Positions 9,123 to 18,530 of a stretch of 32,269 nucleotides of DNA are shown here, piece by piece. Source of the DNA: a virus. Taxonomy: Duplodnaviria; Caudoviricetes. How positions within the stretch are numbered: position 1 is the stretch's first letter; each line of letters begins with the position of its first letter. The notes under the pieces were generated by a model. The model searched no databases. It was not told the origin of the DNA and saw nothing but the letters and a program-made list of their open reading frames with translations. The position numbers and the translations under genes were made by a program. The stretch spans positions 1 to 32,269 of IMG/VR virus record IMGVR_UViG_3300028024_000022; one strand, written 5' to 3'.

Positions 9123-9925
9123 AAATACAGGATAACATTTTGGCGATATTGGCGGAATGCCGAACCGAGGGCAATGTTGCGTATCTGCCCGGTGCGCAGC
9201 TCGACCGAAAAACATATCTTGTGGTCAACGACTGTCTTGAAAGCATAGGCGGAAAGTGGAACAGGAAGGCCAAGGGGCACACGTTCGATGGTGACGCTGC
9301 CGAGCTTTTGGAAGCGCTTGTCGCTACTGGCGAAACCACTAAGGCTAAGAGCGATCGACAGATTTTTCAGTATTTTCCGACACCACCGAATCTTGCGGCG
9401 CAGGTGTGTGAAATAGCAGAACTCAACGCGCACAGCCGCGTGCTGGAACCCTCGGCGGGCGAGGGTGCGCTCATAAAGGCAATGTTGCCATATACGCCGC
9501 AGAGCGTTTATGCCGTGGAGATCAACGGCGCGATGGTGCCAGCACTTAACGCGCTAAATGATGCCCTTGATACTATAGTGGTTGCCGAATGCGGAGATTT
9601 TCTTGGACTGGGGCTGGCCGAAAAAATTAGTGTAAACAGGGTGGTAATGAATCCGCCGTTCACCAAGCAGCAGGATATTATTCACGTCATGGAAGCGTGG
9701 AAGGTGCTACGGCCGGGTGGCATATTGGTCGCTATCATGAGCCCGTCGCCGTGGTTCCGTGATAATCGTTTATCCACGGGGTTTCGCGAGTGGGCAAGTG
9801 AGGCGAACGCCGAAGTTTTTGACGTGCCGGAAGGAGCTTTCAAGGCTAGCGGGACAAATATACGCACGAAGATTATCAAGGCACGCAAGGCCGCGCAGGC
9901 CGGGGAGGGCAAACAGGATGACTGA
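9119..9925 (+). CDS. SAM-dependent amino-methyltransferase, probably DNA adenine
   Basis: [14 protein letters not shown] (motif I), VMNPPF (motif IV), FKASGT. ATGA overlap start at 9119. Confidence 0.85.
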   Translation: MKIQDNILAILAECRTEGNVAYLPGAQLDRKTYLVVNDCLESIGGKWNRKAKGHTFDGDAAELLEALVATGETTKAKSDRQIFQYFPTPPNLAAQVCEIAELNAHSRVLEPSAGEGALIKAMLPYTPQSVYAVEINGAMVPALNALNDALDTIVVAECGDFLGLGLAEKISVNRVVMNPPFTKQQDIIHVMEAWKVLRPGGILVAIMSPSPWFRDNRLSTGFREWASEANAEVFDVPEGAFKASGTNIRTKIIKARKAAQAGEGKQDD

Positions 9926-10001
9926 TGAAGCTATCGTTGTCATTGTGTGGGCAGTATGCGCCACGATAATTCTTGTAACGCTTATAAGGAGGCTTCTATG
10001 A
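9918..10001 (+). CDS. 27-aa single-pass membrane peptide
   Basis: [27 protein letters not shown]; GGAGG RBS; overlaps the upstream stop and couples by ATGA to the next gene. Confidence 0.55.
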   Translation: MTDEAIVVIVWAVCATIILVTLIRRLL

Positions 10002-10393
10002 ACGCTGACGAAATCGTACGGGCACTGCGGACATGTGCAGGGGTAAAAACGGGAGATTTATGCCCAACAGATTGCCCAAAGCACGATATTTGCGAAGATG
10101 ATGGCGACGAAACACTAAAACTTGATGCCGCCGACTTGATCGAATCCCTGAACGCCCAGCCGAACGATCCGCTGACGCTGGAGGAGCTGCGGGGGATGGA
10201 CCGTGATATCGTGTGGCTTGAGCCGATGAAGGAGTACCGCACGGTATTGCTCGATGTTAATCTCCCGGAGGATGTGCGCCTATGGACGCCGTTCGGGGCG
10301 ATATCGGCGAAACACATAATTGCAAACGACGGGCGTATCTACCGCCGCAAGCCGGAAAGGAGCGAGGGGAATGATTTGCGGGGGAAGCCTTAA
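9998..10393 (+). CDS. hypothetical phage protein (N-terminal Cys cluster)
   Basis: AAGGAGG RBS; IVRALR.C...C..CP, AADLIESL, PLTLEELRGM motifs typical of phage accessory genes. Confidence 0.7.
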   Translation: MNADEIVRALRTCAGVKTGDLCPTDCPKHDICEDDGDETLKLDAADLIESLNAQPNDPLTLEELRGMDRDIVWLEPMKEYRTVLLDVNLPEDVRLWTPFGAISAKHIIANDGRIYRRKPERSEGNDLRGKP

Positions 10394-10568
10394 TAACATC
10401 GGGAATTGCAATAACAGAAAGGTTGCGCGAGATTGCGACGGTGATTATATGGTACGTTGCGTATCTCAAAAATCGTGTCCCTATCAAAGCTTCGTGAAAG
10501 ATTGTGATGGTGATTTGGTGGTCTTATGCAGGCAGAACGGAGGACGCAAGGCATGTACAAAGAACTGA
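10371..10568 (+). CDS. small Cys-rich protein with a duplicated DCDGD motif
   Basis: 65 aa from ATG 10371 after GAGGGG; 8 Cys; fills the gap between the neighbouring genes. Confidence 0.55.
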   Translation: MICGGSLNNIGNCNNRKVARDCDGDYMVRCVSQKSCPYQSFVKDCDGDLVVLCRQNGGRKACTKN

Positions 10569-11326
10569 TCACCGAGGCGCGGGAGCTGGCCGATGCCGAT
10601 TATAAGCGTGGCAATGTCGGGCCTCAGCTTATGCGTAAAGTGCATGAGCTGGCCGACGCGCTGGAAAAGACCGAGGCCGAGCTGACTATGTTGAAAAACG
10701 AGCCGCCTGACTTCAAGTTTTACTACTGTGAATCGGAAGATTCGTATCTGCTGGGGCATCGCGTTGACAATTTTTATTACGCGCACTGGCATGATGGCCT
10801 GGGATTCGTATGGGACATGTCGCGGTTCTTGCCATGGGGAAGGCATGTTGTAGCGCCGGATACAGCATGGAAAGAGCACACATATCCATCCGAGCCAAAG
10901 GAAATCGGCACAACGGAATGGTTTGCAGGTTTCTTGAAACAAAAAGAGGAAGCCATACAGGCCGAGCTTGCCGCGCTGCGGGAGGCGGGACGGTGGATAC
11001 CCGTGAGCGAGAGATTGCCGAAGCTCCACACAAGAGTACTGATTTACTTCAAGCGGCAGACACTCGGGCGTTGTATTGATTTTGGACACTACGGTTATCT
11101 GGGCGATAATCTCGCAGGCTGGAAAGACAGTCAGGGCAGGGCTCGCGAGGTTACCCACTGGATGCCCCTGCCCGCCGCCCCGGCCGCGCCTGTGGTGCAT
11201 GGGCGATGGATCGATGACGAAAACGTTGATGGTCTGTATTATTGCAGCGAGTGCCTAGCATTAGACCATCGGGATCCACGACATAGATACTGCCCATCCT
11301 GCGGCGCTCGCATGGACGGGCAGTAA
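10553..11326 (+). CDS. DUF551-domain mosaic protein with C-terminal zinc ribbon
   Basis: WIPVSERLP...VTHWMPLP, then HGRWI..CSEC..YCPSCGARMD. Confidence 0.8.
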   Translation: MYKELITEARELADADYKRGNVGPQLMRKVHELADALEKTEAELTMLKNEPPDFKFYYCESEDSYLLGHRVDNFYYAHWHDGLGFVWDMSRFLPWGRHVVAPDTAWKEHTYPSEPKEIGTTEWFAGFLKQKEEAIQAELAALREAGRWIPVSERLPKLHTRVLIYFKRQTLGRCIDFGHYGYLGDNLAGWKDSQGRAREVTHWMPLPAAPAAPVVHGRWIDDENVDGLYYCSECLALDHRDPRHRYCPSCGARMDGQ

Positions 11327-11382
11327 GCGGAATAAGCACGACCGGCATAAGGGCATGCGACCAGGACGATAGGGGTGATTGG

Positions 11383-11805
11383 GTGACGATCAAGCAACTC
11401 GAGCAATACGCGGCGCAGCGCAAGGAGGCGGCCGATCTGGAGCGGCGTATCAGGCAGCTGGAGGACCGGGCGCGCGGCCGCGTAAGCGATACGGTCAAAG
11501 CTTCGCTGCCCGAGTATCCGTATACCGAGCATACCGTGACGGTCCGGGGCTACCCGGAGAGGACCGCGCGGCACCTGGCGATGACCGCGGGGCTGTTGGA
11601 GCGGCAGCGCGCCGAGCTTGCCCGGGAGCTTGCCGAGATCGAGGCGTGGATCGCCACGGTGCAGGACAGCAGGACACGGCAGCTGATACGATACCATTAC
11701 CTTGACGGCCGGTCGTGGGCGTCGGCGGCGCAGGCGGTATACGGGCATCCGTGCGCAGACGTTGCCCGAATGCGTGTGAAACGATATTGCGAAGAAAATT
11801 TATAG
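11383..11805 (+). CDS. late transcriptional activator (RinA/ArpU/sigma region-4-like)
   Basis: Coiled coil plus C-terminal RQLIRYHYLDGRSW..AA HTH; last gene before the packaging module. Confidence 0.75.
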   Translation: MTIKQLEQYAAQRKEAADLERRIRQLEDRARGRVSDTVKASLPEYPYTEHTVTVRGYPERTARHLAMTAGLLERQRAELARELAEIEAWIATVQDSRTRQLIRYHYLDGRSWASAAQAVYGHPCADVARMRVKRYCEENL

Positions 11806-11807
11806 CA

Positions 11808-11840
11808 TGTTCGTTTTGTTCGTTTTTGCCGATGTATAAT
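11808..11840 (+). promoter_or_regulatory. probable activator-dependent late promoter
   Basis: Tandem TGTTCGTTT (11808-11816, 11817-11825) lies where a -35 would be; TATAAT at 11835-11840. Confidence 0.6.
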
Positions 11841-11862
11841 GCTAGTATACCAAGCTGTAAAC

Positions 11863-11892
11863 AGGCGCTCCCACAAGGGGGCGCCTTTGTTA
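11863..11892 (+). terminator. hairpin / probable intrinsic terminator
   Basis: AGGCGCTCCC-acaa-GGGGGCGCCT followed by TTGTT. Confidence 0.55.
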
Positions 11893-12022
11893 TGCCTCGC
11901 ATTACGGGGCAGCGCTGCGCCTCTGCCGGGTGGCGCGGGAAACTTTTAGGTGTGCAGGCCGAGAGGCCGGGGGATATGCGCCATGCGGCAGGCGGGTACG
12001 CGGCGCAGCAGAGGAGGCCCAT

Positions 12023-12235
12023 ATGCGTTTCATTCGTGACTGGATGGAGTTATCGCTCCTCGCGATCATCGCCATAGAGGTGCCGGGCATTCTGTGCTGG
12101 GCGCTGTGGCCCAGCATCGTGCAGCTCATGCCATATGCAGCGCAGGTAGCCCTGACCATGGTCGGGCTGATTGCGCTGGCAGGGCTCGAGTGGGCAGTAT
12201 GGCCGATGATGCGGGATGTATGGAGGCGGTTGTGA
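12023..12235 (+). CDS. small two-helix membrane protein
   Basis: GAGGAGG RBS, ATG 12023, two hydrophobic segments; the stop overlaps the HNH start. Confidence 0.6.
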   Translation: MRFIRDWMELSLLAIIAIEVPGILCWALWPSIVQLMPYAAQVALTMVGLIALAGLEWAVWPMMRDVWRRL

Positions 12236-12546
12236 TGGCGGGATCGTTTGCGCGCGGGTTCTATCAATCGACCGCCTGGCGCAAATGCCGGGCATCGTTT
12301 ATCGCGGGACGCGAGGCGATCGACGGCGGTATATGCGAGCGATGCCAAAGGGAGCCCGGATATATCGTCGACCATATTATCGAGCTGACGCCGGACAACA
12401 TATTGGATCCGGAGGTCACGCTTAACCATAGCAATTTACAATATTTGTGTTTGGAGTGCCACAATATAAAAACTTTTTCTCCGGACGCGCGATACCGGCT
12501 GACGCCGGACGGCGACGTGATACCAATAGCCCCCCTCAAAAAGTAA
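12235..12546 (+). CDS. packaging-associated HNH endonuclease (HK97 gp74-like)
   Basis: FYQS.AW, CERC, VDHI, NLQYLCLECHN; located just before the terminase small subunit. Confidence 0.9.
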   Translation: MAGSFARGFYQSTAWRKCRASFIAGREAIDGGICERCQREPGYIVDHIIELTPDNILDPEVTLNHSNLQYLCLECHNIKTFSPDARYRLTPDGDVIPIAPLKK

Positions 12547-12638
12547 GGCGGGGCGGGCATTTCTGAACCGGAAGCTACCCATCCAAGGGATGCGCAGGCC
12601 GCGCGCACGGGGGGTGTAGACAAAAGGAGGTGAGCGGC

Positions 12639-13028
12639 ATGCGATTGAACCCGGAAGATAAACGCATTTTGAAGGAACTGCCGGAAGATCCGCGCATGTC
12701 CGCCGAGTACCGCCGACTTAGGGAACTTTATGCGAACATGGAAGGACGTCGAATGCGGCTGGTTTTGAAGCTGATCTCCCGCGCCGCTTTTATGTCCGCG
12801 GCCCTGGCCGATCTGGAAAAATACATCTCCGAAAACGGCTATACCGAGGAATACCATAATGGCGCAAACCAGTCCGGCAAGAAGAAATCCTCCGAGGTCG
12901 AAGTGTATAACGCCATGGTCAAAAACTACTCGGCTATTATCCGGCAGCTGACCGACCTGCTTCCGGATGAGAAGGGCACTGTTGCAAGCGACGGATTTGA
13001 CGAATTTGTAGGCGACCGGGATGATTAA
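12639..13028 (+). CDS. terS: terminase small subunit
   Basis: AGGAGGTG RBS; NGANQSG.K.S.EV.VYN.M.KNY..II.QL motif; adjacent to terL. Confidence 0.8.
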   Translation: MRLNPEDKRILKELPEDPRMSAEYRRLRELYANMEGRRMRLVLKLISRAAFMSAALADLEKYISENGYTEEYHNGANQSGKKKSSEVEVYNAMVKNYSAIIRQLTDLLPDEKGTVASDGFDEFVGDRDD

Positions 13029-14703
13029 GTATCCGGGAACATATAACCCGATACGGGAGTACTGGGAGGAGATACGAAGCGGCCGGGAAGTCGTCGACAA
13101 GAAGATCCGCAAGACGTATGAGAAGGTCATATACGACCTGGATCACCAGGGCGAATGGTCCTACAGTCCGAAACGCGCGAACCACATCCTTGAATTTGCA
13201 GAAAATTTTTGCAAGCAATCCAAGGGCAAATGGGGTGGTCAGCCGGTCCGGCTTGAACTATGGGAAAAGGCGGCGCTGGCTACGAGCTTTGGATTTGTCG
13301 ATATCGACGGGAACCGTAAGTATCGCGAGGTCATCCTGATCGTAGGGAAGAAGAACGGCAAATCCCTTTTGGCCTCCATCGTCGGTAATTATATGCTGTT
13401 CGCAGACGGCGAACCCGGCCCGGAGGTATACGCAGTAGCCACAAAGCGCGATCAAGCCAAAATCATTTGGCTCGAGGCTCGGCGCATGGTCAGGAAGTCC
13501 GCGGCATTGCGGCGCCGGGTGCGGGCGCTGGTCGCGGAATTGCTGTGCGATGATAACGACGGCGTATTTAAGCCGCTGGCGTCGGACGTGGATACCCTGG
13601 ACGGCCTAAACATCCACTGCGGCCTGCTGGACGAGTTTCACCAGTGGAAAAACGGGCGGGCGCTTTGGGACATCATTGCCGACGGCGTATCCACGCGGGA
13701 ACAGCCGTTGATCTTTGCGACGTCCACGGCCGGCACGGTCCGCGAAGATATCTACGACGAAAAATATGACGAGGCCGAGCGCGTCATAAACGGGTATTTT
13801 GATCCGAACGGCTACCACGACGAGCGGTTTATCGCGTTTGTATATGAGCTCGATAGCCGAGAGGAATGGACCGACCCGGCCTGCTGGAAAAAGGCGAACC
13901 CCGGGCTTGGGACGATCAAAAACGAAAAGACGCTCGCGGCTAAGGTTGAAAAGGCCAAGGCAAACCCAAAGCTTGTTAAAAATTTAGTTTGCAAAGAATT
14001 TAATATCCGGGAGACATCGTCCGAAGCGTGGCTGCCGTTTGAGGTCCTGAACAACACCGCGACATATGACATCGCCGCGCTTAAGCCGCGGTATTGCGTC
14101 GCCGGCATCGACCTGTCGAGCACTACGGACCTGACCTGCGCGACGATCCTGTTTTGTGTGCCCGGTGATGAAACGCTATATGTCAATCAAATGTATTGGC
14201 TGCCGGCGGACCTTTTGGAGCAGCGCGTGAAGGAGGATAAGATTTATTACGACGCCTGGGTCGACCAGAACCTTGTGCGTTTATGCGAGGGGAACAAGGT
14301 CGATTACAAGGACATCACAAAATGGCTGCTGGAAGTCCAGGACGAGATGGACGTCTATGTTTATAAAATCGGCTATGACAGCTGGAGCGCGAAGTATCTG
14401 GTGGACGAGCTGCAGCAGCACTTTGGGGCGGCCAGCACCGACCCGGTAATCCAGGGGCCGAAAACCTTCAGCGGGCCGATGAAAAATTTCGCGGCCGATC
14501 TTGCGGCCAAGAAGATCAACTATAACAACAATCCGGTCCTGAAATGGAACCTTGCAAACGCCGCAGTACAAATCGACCGCAATGATAACTACGCGCTGGT
14601 CAAAACAAGCAGCCCGCGTAAAAGGATCGACGGCGTGGCGTCGCTGCTGGATGCATACATCGTCCTGGAACGAAACCGCGACGAGTACCTGAGTCTGATC
14701 TAG
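13021..14703 (+). CDS. terL: terminase large subunit
   Basis: Walker A VGKKNGKS, Walker B LLDEFH, STAG, WKKANPGLG, GIDLSSTTD, RIDGVAS. Confidence 0.95.
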   Translation: MIKYPGTYNPIREYWEEIRSGREVVDKKIRKTYEKVIYDLDHQGEWSYSPKRANHILEFAENFCKQSKGKWGGQPVRLELWEKAALATSFGFVDIDGNRKYREVILIVGKKNGKSLLASIVGNYMLFADGEPGPEVYAVATKRDQAKIIWLEARRMVRKSAALRRRVRALVAELLCDDNDGVFKPLASDVDTLDGLNIHCGLLDEFHQWKNGRALWDIIADGVSTREQPLIFATSTAGTVREDIYDEKYDEAERVINGYFDPNGYHDERFIAFVYELDSREEWTDPACWKKANPGLGTIKNEKTLAAKVEKAKANPKLVKNLVCKEFNIRETSSEAWLPFEVLNNTATYDIAALKPRYCVAGIDLSSTTDLTCATILFCVPGDETLYVNQMYWLPADLLEQRVKEDKIYYDAWVDQNLVRLCEGNKVDYKDITKWLLEVQDEMDVYVYKIGYDSWSAKYLVDELQQHFGAASTDPVIQGPKTFSGPMKNFAADLAAKKINYNNNPVLKWNLANAAVQIDRNDNYALVKTSSPRKRIDGVASLLDAYIVLERNRDEYLSLI

Positions 14704-14714
14704 GAGGTGGCAGT

Positions 14715-15878
14715 TTGAGCATTTTTAAGCCGAGAAACAAAACGGTAACGGTATCGCAATACAAACTCGTCACCGACGAGGGGAACGGATTTTACGCATG
14801 GAATGGAAATCTGTATCGCTCCGATATCGTCCGGGCGGCCATCCGCCCCAAGGTGCGCGCGATCGGCAAGACGGTCGGCAAGCATATCCGCGAAACGATC
14901 ACTGCCGGGAAACGGTCGATCGCGGTTAATCCGGACGCCTACATGCGTTTTTTGCTCGAGGAGCCCAACCCGCTTATGACCGGGCAGATGCTGCAAGAAA
15001 AACTCGCGACGCAGCTTGAGCTCAATCATAACGCCTTTGCCTATATCGGCCGGGATGAAAATGGATACCCCACGGAGATATACCCGATCGCGGCCGTCAT
15101 GGTCGAGGCACTCCGGAATGATGCGGGCGAACTGTTTATGCGGTTTACGCTCAAGCGCGGGCCGACGGTGACTTTTAGATACTCGGACATTATCCATCTC
15201 CGCAAGGATTTTTATGACAACGAATTTTTTGGCACCAGCCCCGCCGAGGCGCTCACCCCACTGATGGACATCGTTAGTACGACCGACCAGGGCATTGTCA
15301 GGGCGATCAAAAACTCCAATGTGATTCGCTGGCTGCTGAAATACAGCCGCGGCCTACGTCCGGAGGACCTAAAGAAAAACGCCAAGGATTTTGTCGACAT
15401 GTTTTTAAGCTCCGAAAGCGAGTCGATAGGCGCCGCCGCGACCGACTCGAACATGGAGGCTAAGCAGGTTGAACCACAGGATTATGTCCCAAACGCCGCG
15501 CAAATGGACCGCACGACCCAACGCATCTACTCGTTTTTTAACACCAACGACAAAGTCGTACAGGGGAAATATGGGGAGGACGATTGGATCAGTTATTACG
15601 AGAGCAGCGTGGAGCCGGACGTCGTGCAACTCTCGCAGGAATATACGCGAAAGCTTTTCTCCCGGCGCGAGCGCGGCTTTGGAAACCGGATCGTTTTTGA
15701 AGCGTCCAACCTGACGTTTGCAAGCATGCAGACCAAGCTTAACCTGGTGCAATATGTTGACCGCGGGATTATGAACCCCAATGAGGTGCGCGAAATTTTG
15801 AATATGGCCCCGCGCGACGGCGGGGATGAATATGTGCGGCGGGCCGACACGCCCGCTATTGGCAAAGGAGGTGAATAA
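14715..15878 (+). CDS. phage portal protein (HK97 family)
   Basis: LL.EPNP.MTG, NAFAYI.RD, DIIHLR, GIMNPNEVREILN.P.DGGD. Confidence 0.93.
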   Translation: MSIFKPRNKTVTVSQYKLVTDEGNGFYAWNGNLYRSDIVRAAIRPKVRAIGKTVGKHIRETITAGKRSIAVNPDAYMRFLLEEPNPLMTGQMLQEKLATQLELNHNAFAYIGRDENGYPTEIYPIAAVMVEALRNDAGELFMRFTLKRGPTVTFRYSDIIHLRKDFYDNEFFGTSPAEALTPLMDIVSTTDQGIVRAIKNSNVIRWLLKYSRGLRPEDLKKNAKDFVDMFLSSESESIGAAATDSNMEAKQVEPQDYVPNAAQMDRTTQRIYSFFNTNDKVVQGKYGEDDWISYYESSVEPDVVQLSQEYTRKLFSRRERGFGNRIVFEASNLTFASMQTKLNLVQYVDRGIMNPNEVREILNMAPRDGGDEYVRRADTPAIGKGGE

Positions 15879-15880
15879 AT

Positions 15881-16582
15881 TTGGCAAAGGTCAACATCAA
15901 GGGCGTGATCGTGAGCAATGACGACAAATGGATTTACGACTTTTTCGGGATCGCATCGACCAGCCCGGGGAGCGTCGCGGAGGAGATCGCCGCGGCCAAC
16001 GGGAGCGACCTGGAGGTAGAAATCAACTCCGGAGGCGGAAACGTCTTTGCCGGGTCCGAGATCTATACGGCCCTTAAATCCTATGCCGGCAACGTAACCG
16101 TGCGCATCGTGGGACTGGCGGCCAGCGCCGCGTCGGTCGTCGCTATGGCGGGTAAAAGGACGCTGATGTCTCCCACGGCGCAGATGATGCTGCATAACGT
16201 ATCGTCGTCGCAGGACGGCGACCATCGGGACATGCAGCATATGGCGGACGTCCTCAAGGGCGCGGATATTTCGATCGCCAACGCCTATCGCTTAAAAAGC
16301 GGGATGCCCGAAAAGGACTTGCTTGACATGATGGGCAAAGAAACATGGCTCACCCCGCAGCAGGCCCTTGAGCATAAATTGATCGACGAGATCATGTTTG
16401 CAACGGAGGAGGTAAAGCTGGCGGCGAGCTGGTGCAGTATGCTCCCGCCGGAGGTGATCAGCAAAATGCGGAGCTCCCATCCCGAGAAGGCGCGCGGCGG
16501 CGAGACGGAGCGGGGCACCGCCGCGCTGCAAAAAGTACAGGCCCAACAAAATTTTTTGAAGCTGAAAGGAGCTACCAGATGA
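15881..16582 (+). CDS. ClpP-like prohead maturation protease
   Basis: INSGGGNV, GLAASAASV, MMLHN, ETWLT..ALE..LID. Confidence 0.93.
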   Translation: MAKVNIKGVIVSNDDKWIYDFFGIASTSPGSVAEEIAAANGSDLEVEINSGGGNVFAGSEIYTALKSYAGNVTVRIVGLAASAASVVAMAGKRTLMSPTAQMMLHNVSSSQDGDHRDMQHMADVLKGADISIANAYRLKSGMPEKDLLDMMGKETWLTPQQALEHKLIDEIMFATEEVKLAASWCSMLPPEVISKMRSSHPEKARGGETERGTAALQKVQAQQNFLKLKGATR

Positions 16583-17829
16583 CCCACGAAAAATATATCG
16601 AGCAGCGGAACGCGCTGCTTAACGAGGCACAGGCCCTCATCGACGAGGGCAAGCTGGAGGAATCTGCCGCGAAGCAGAAGGAGATCACGGCGCTTGACGA
16701 TCAGTGGGACGCTGTCGCCAAAGCCAATGCCGACCTGACCGCGCTCAAGGGCAGCGCCAAGGTGCTCGATCTGACGAATAAGTCCATCCCCGCCGCCGGC
16801 GCGCAGGTGGTCGGCTCGACAGCCGATCCCGCGAGCAAAAAGGACGACGGCTATCTTGCCGCATGGGCCGCCTACATGCAGGGTAAGAAGCTCGACAAGG
16901 ACCAGCAGGCTGTATTTGACCGGGTAAACGCTGAGTTTAATAACGCCTATACCCATGACACCGGCAACACCTCCGTGCTCATCCCCGAGACTGTCGCGGC
17001 CGGCATCTGGAAGCGCGCCGAGGAAATGTATCCCCTCTACGCCGACGCAAAGAAATTTGCCGTCAAGGGCATCCTCTCCATCAAAAAGCATACCGGGATC
17101 GCCGCGGGGGACGCCGACTGGTATGCCGAGAGCACCGCGACCGCCGACGAGCAGAATGATTTCGGCGAGCTGGTCCTCAACGGCCGGGAGCTCTCCAAGG
17201 CCGTGACGGTGAGCTGGAAACTCAAAACCATGGCAATGGCCGAGTTTATCCCGTTTATCATCGGCGAGCTGGGCGAGCGCTGCGGCGTGGCTCTCGGTAC
17301 CGCCGCGGCGTCCGGTGCGGGCTCCTCCGCTACCCCTCCCGAACCGCAGGGCGTGGAAACCGCGCTGCTGGCTGAGGCGAGCACCCCGCAGGTCGTGACA
17401 TACGATCCCGACCATGCCACCACGCCCGTGCCGCTGACCTACGCCAAGCTGACGCAGGCGATCAGCAAAATCCACTCGTCCTACCTGTCCGGGTGCGCGA
17501 TCTACGCGAAAAACAGCACCATCTGGACGCAGCTCGCTACTCTCCTCGACGAGCAGGGCCGCCCGTTGTTTATTCCCGATGTGACGAGCGGGGGCGTTGG
17601 CAGGATGTTTGGCATGGTCGTCAAACCCGACGCGGGCATTACCAATGCCAATATCCTGATCGGCAATGCTGCGCAGGGGCTGGTGTTTAACATCAACGAG
17701 CCGCTCTCGGTTGTGAGTGAGGACCACGCCAAGGCCCGCACGACCGATTACGTGGCATATGCCATCGTAGACGGCGGCGTGCTCGACACCAAGGCGTTCG
17801 CGCTGATCCGCGACATCCCGGCAGCGTAA
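16579..17829 (+). CDS. major capsid protein (HK97 fold with delta domain)
   Basis: AAAGGAG RBS and ATGA coupling; N-terminal coiled coil, LIPE, LLDEQGRPLF. Confidence 0.92.
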   Translation: MTHEKYIEQRNALLNEAQALIDEGKLEESAAKQKEITALDDQWDAVAKANADLTALKGSAKVLDLTNKSIPAAGAQVVGSTADPASKKDDGYLAAWAAYMQGKKLDKDQQAVFDRVNAEFNNAYTHDTGNTSVLIPETVAAGIWKRAEEMYPLYADAKKFAVKGILSIKKHTGIAAGDADWYAESTATADEQNDFGELVLNGRELSKAVTVSWKLKTMAMAEFIPFIIGELGERCGVALGTAAASGAGSSATPPEPQGVETALLAEASTPQVVTYDPDHATTPVPLTYAKLTQAISKIHSSYLSGCAIYAKNSTIWTQLATLLDEQGRPLFIPDVTSGGVGRMFGMVVKPDAGITNANILIGNAAQGLVFNINEPLSVVSEDHAKARTTDYVAYAIVDGGVLDTKAFALIRDIPAA

Positions 17830-17830
17830 T

Positions 17831-18088
17831 ATGCGGGTACTCAAGGAGTTTCACGACAAAATCACCGGGCAGGTCTATCTGCCCGGTGATGATTTTGCAT
17901 GCGGCGACCCGGAGCGCATAAGCTCGGCCGCCATGCGCGGGCTAATAGAGCTGCCGGAAGGAGGTGCGTCCGATGGCGCTGATAGACAAAGTGCGGTCGG
18001 CGTGCAATTACCGGACGACCGCAAGGGACGACGACCTGCAGGACCTCATCCTGGCGGCAATCGCCGACTTGCGAAAAATGGGCATTGA
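17831..18088 (+). CDS. small capsid-adjacent protein whose 3' end overlaps the connector gene
   Basis: VLKEFHDK.TG.VY.PGD.F..R..GLIE pattern, common in genes following the capsid gene. Confidence 0.55.
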   Translation: MRVLKEFHDKITGQVYLPGDDFACGDPERISSAAMRGLIELPEGGASDGADRQSAVGVQLPDDRKGRRPAGPHPGGNRRLAKNGH

Positions 18089-18251
18089 CGCCGCGGAGGA
18101 CACGGCAAATCCGCGCACAGCACAGGCAATCATCCTTTTCTGCCGGGCTTATGGGCAGACGGACGATCCCAACGCGGACCGGTTTATGCAGATGTACGAG
18201 GGACTTAAGGCGTCTCTTGCTTTGCAGGAGGGCGACCCGTATGTGGTCTGA
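17973..18251 (+). CDS. head-tail connector (gp6-like)
   Basis: GGAGGTG RBS; DDDLQDLI.AA.ADL..GI and AIILFCRA.G; synteny. Confidence 0.82.
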   Translation: MALIDKVRSACNYRTTARDDDLQDLILAAIADLRKMGIDAAEDTANPRTAQAIILFCRAYGQTDDPNADRFMQMYEGLKASLALQEGDPYVV

Positions 18252-18528
18252 CATTGTAAAACTGCGCTCAAAAGCCATCGAGTATGTCGACGGATTTCCG
18301 GTCGAAACGACGGCCGAAACGGAGGTCTATGCCAACCGCCACAGTGTAAAGAGCGCGATCTTTTTTGCCGCGCAGGCCGCGGGCAGGCAGCTGGATATCG
18401 CGTTTACCGTCCAGTCGGCGGAATATGCCGGGCAGACCGAGCTTGAGCACCGCGGCGTCATATACGACGTGGTTAACACTTACGAGCTCGACCCGACGCG
18501 GACCGACCTGAATTGCAGGAGGCGGTAG
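18241..18528 (+). CDS. head closure / head-tail joining protein
   Basis: EVYAN..SV...FFAA.AAG, EYAGQ..LE..G..YDV; GGAGG RBS. Confidence 0.8.
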   Translation: MWSDIVKLRSKAIEYVDGFPVETTAETEVYANRHSVKSAIFFAAQAAGRQLDIAFTVQSAEYAGQTELEHRGVIYDVVNTYELDPTRTDLNCRRR

Positions 18529-18530
18529 GC

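Noticed and set aside
12547-12625. Exact cos site
   Set aside because: The position between HNH and terS fits HK97-like cos packaging, but the cut site cannot be determined from sequence alone.
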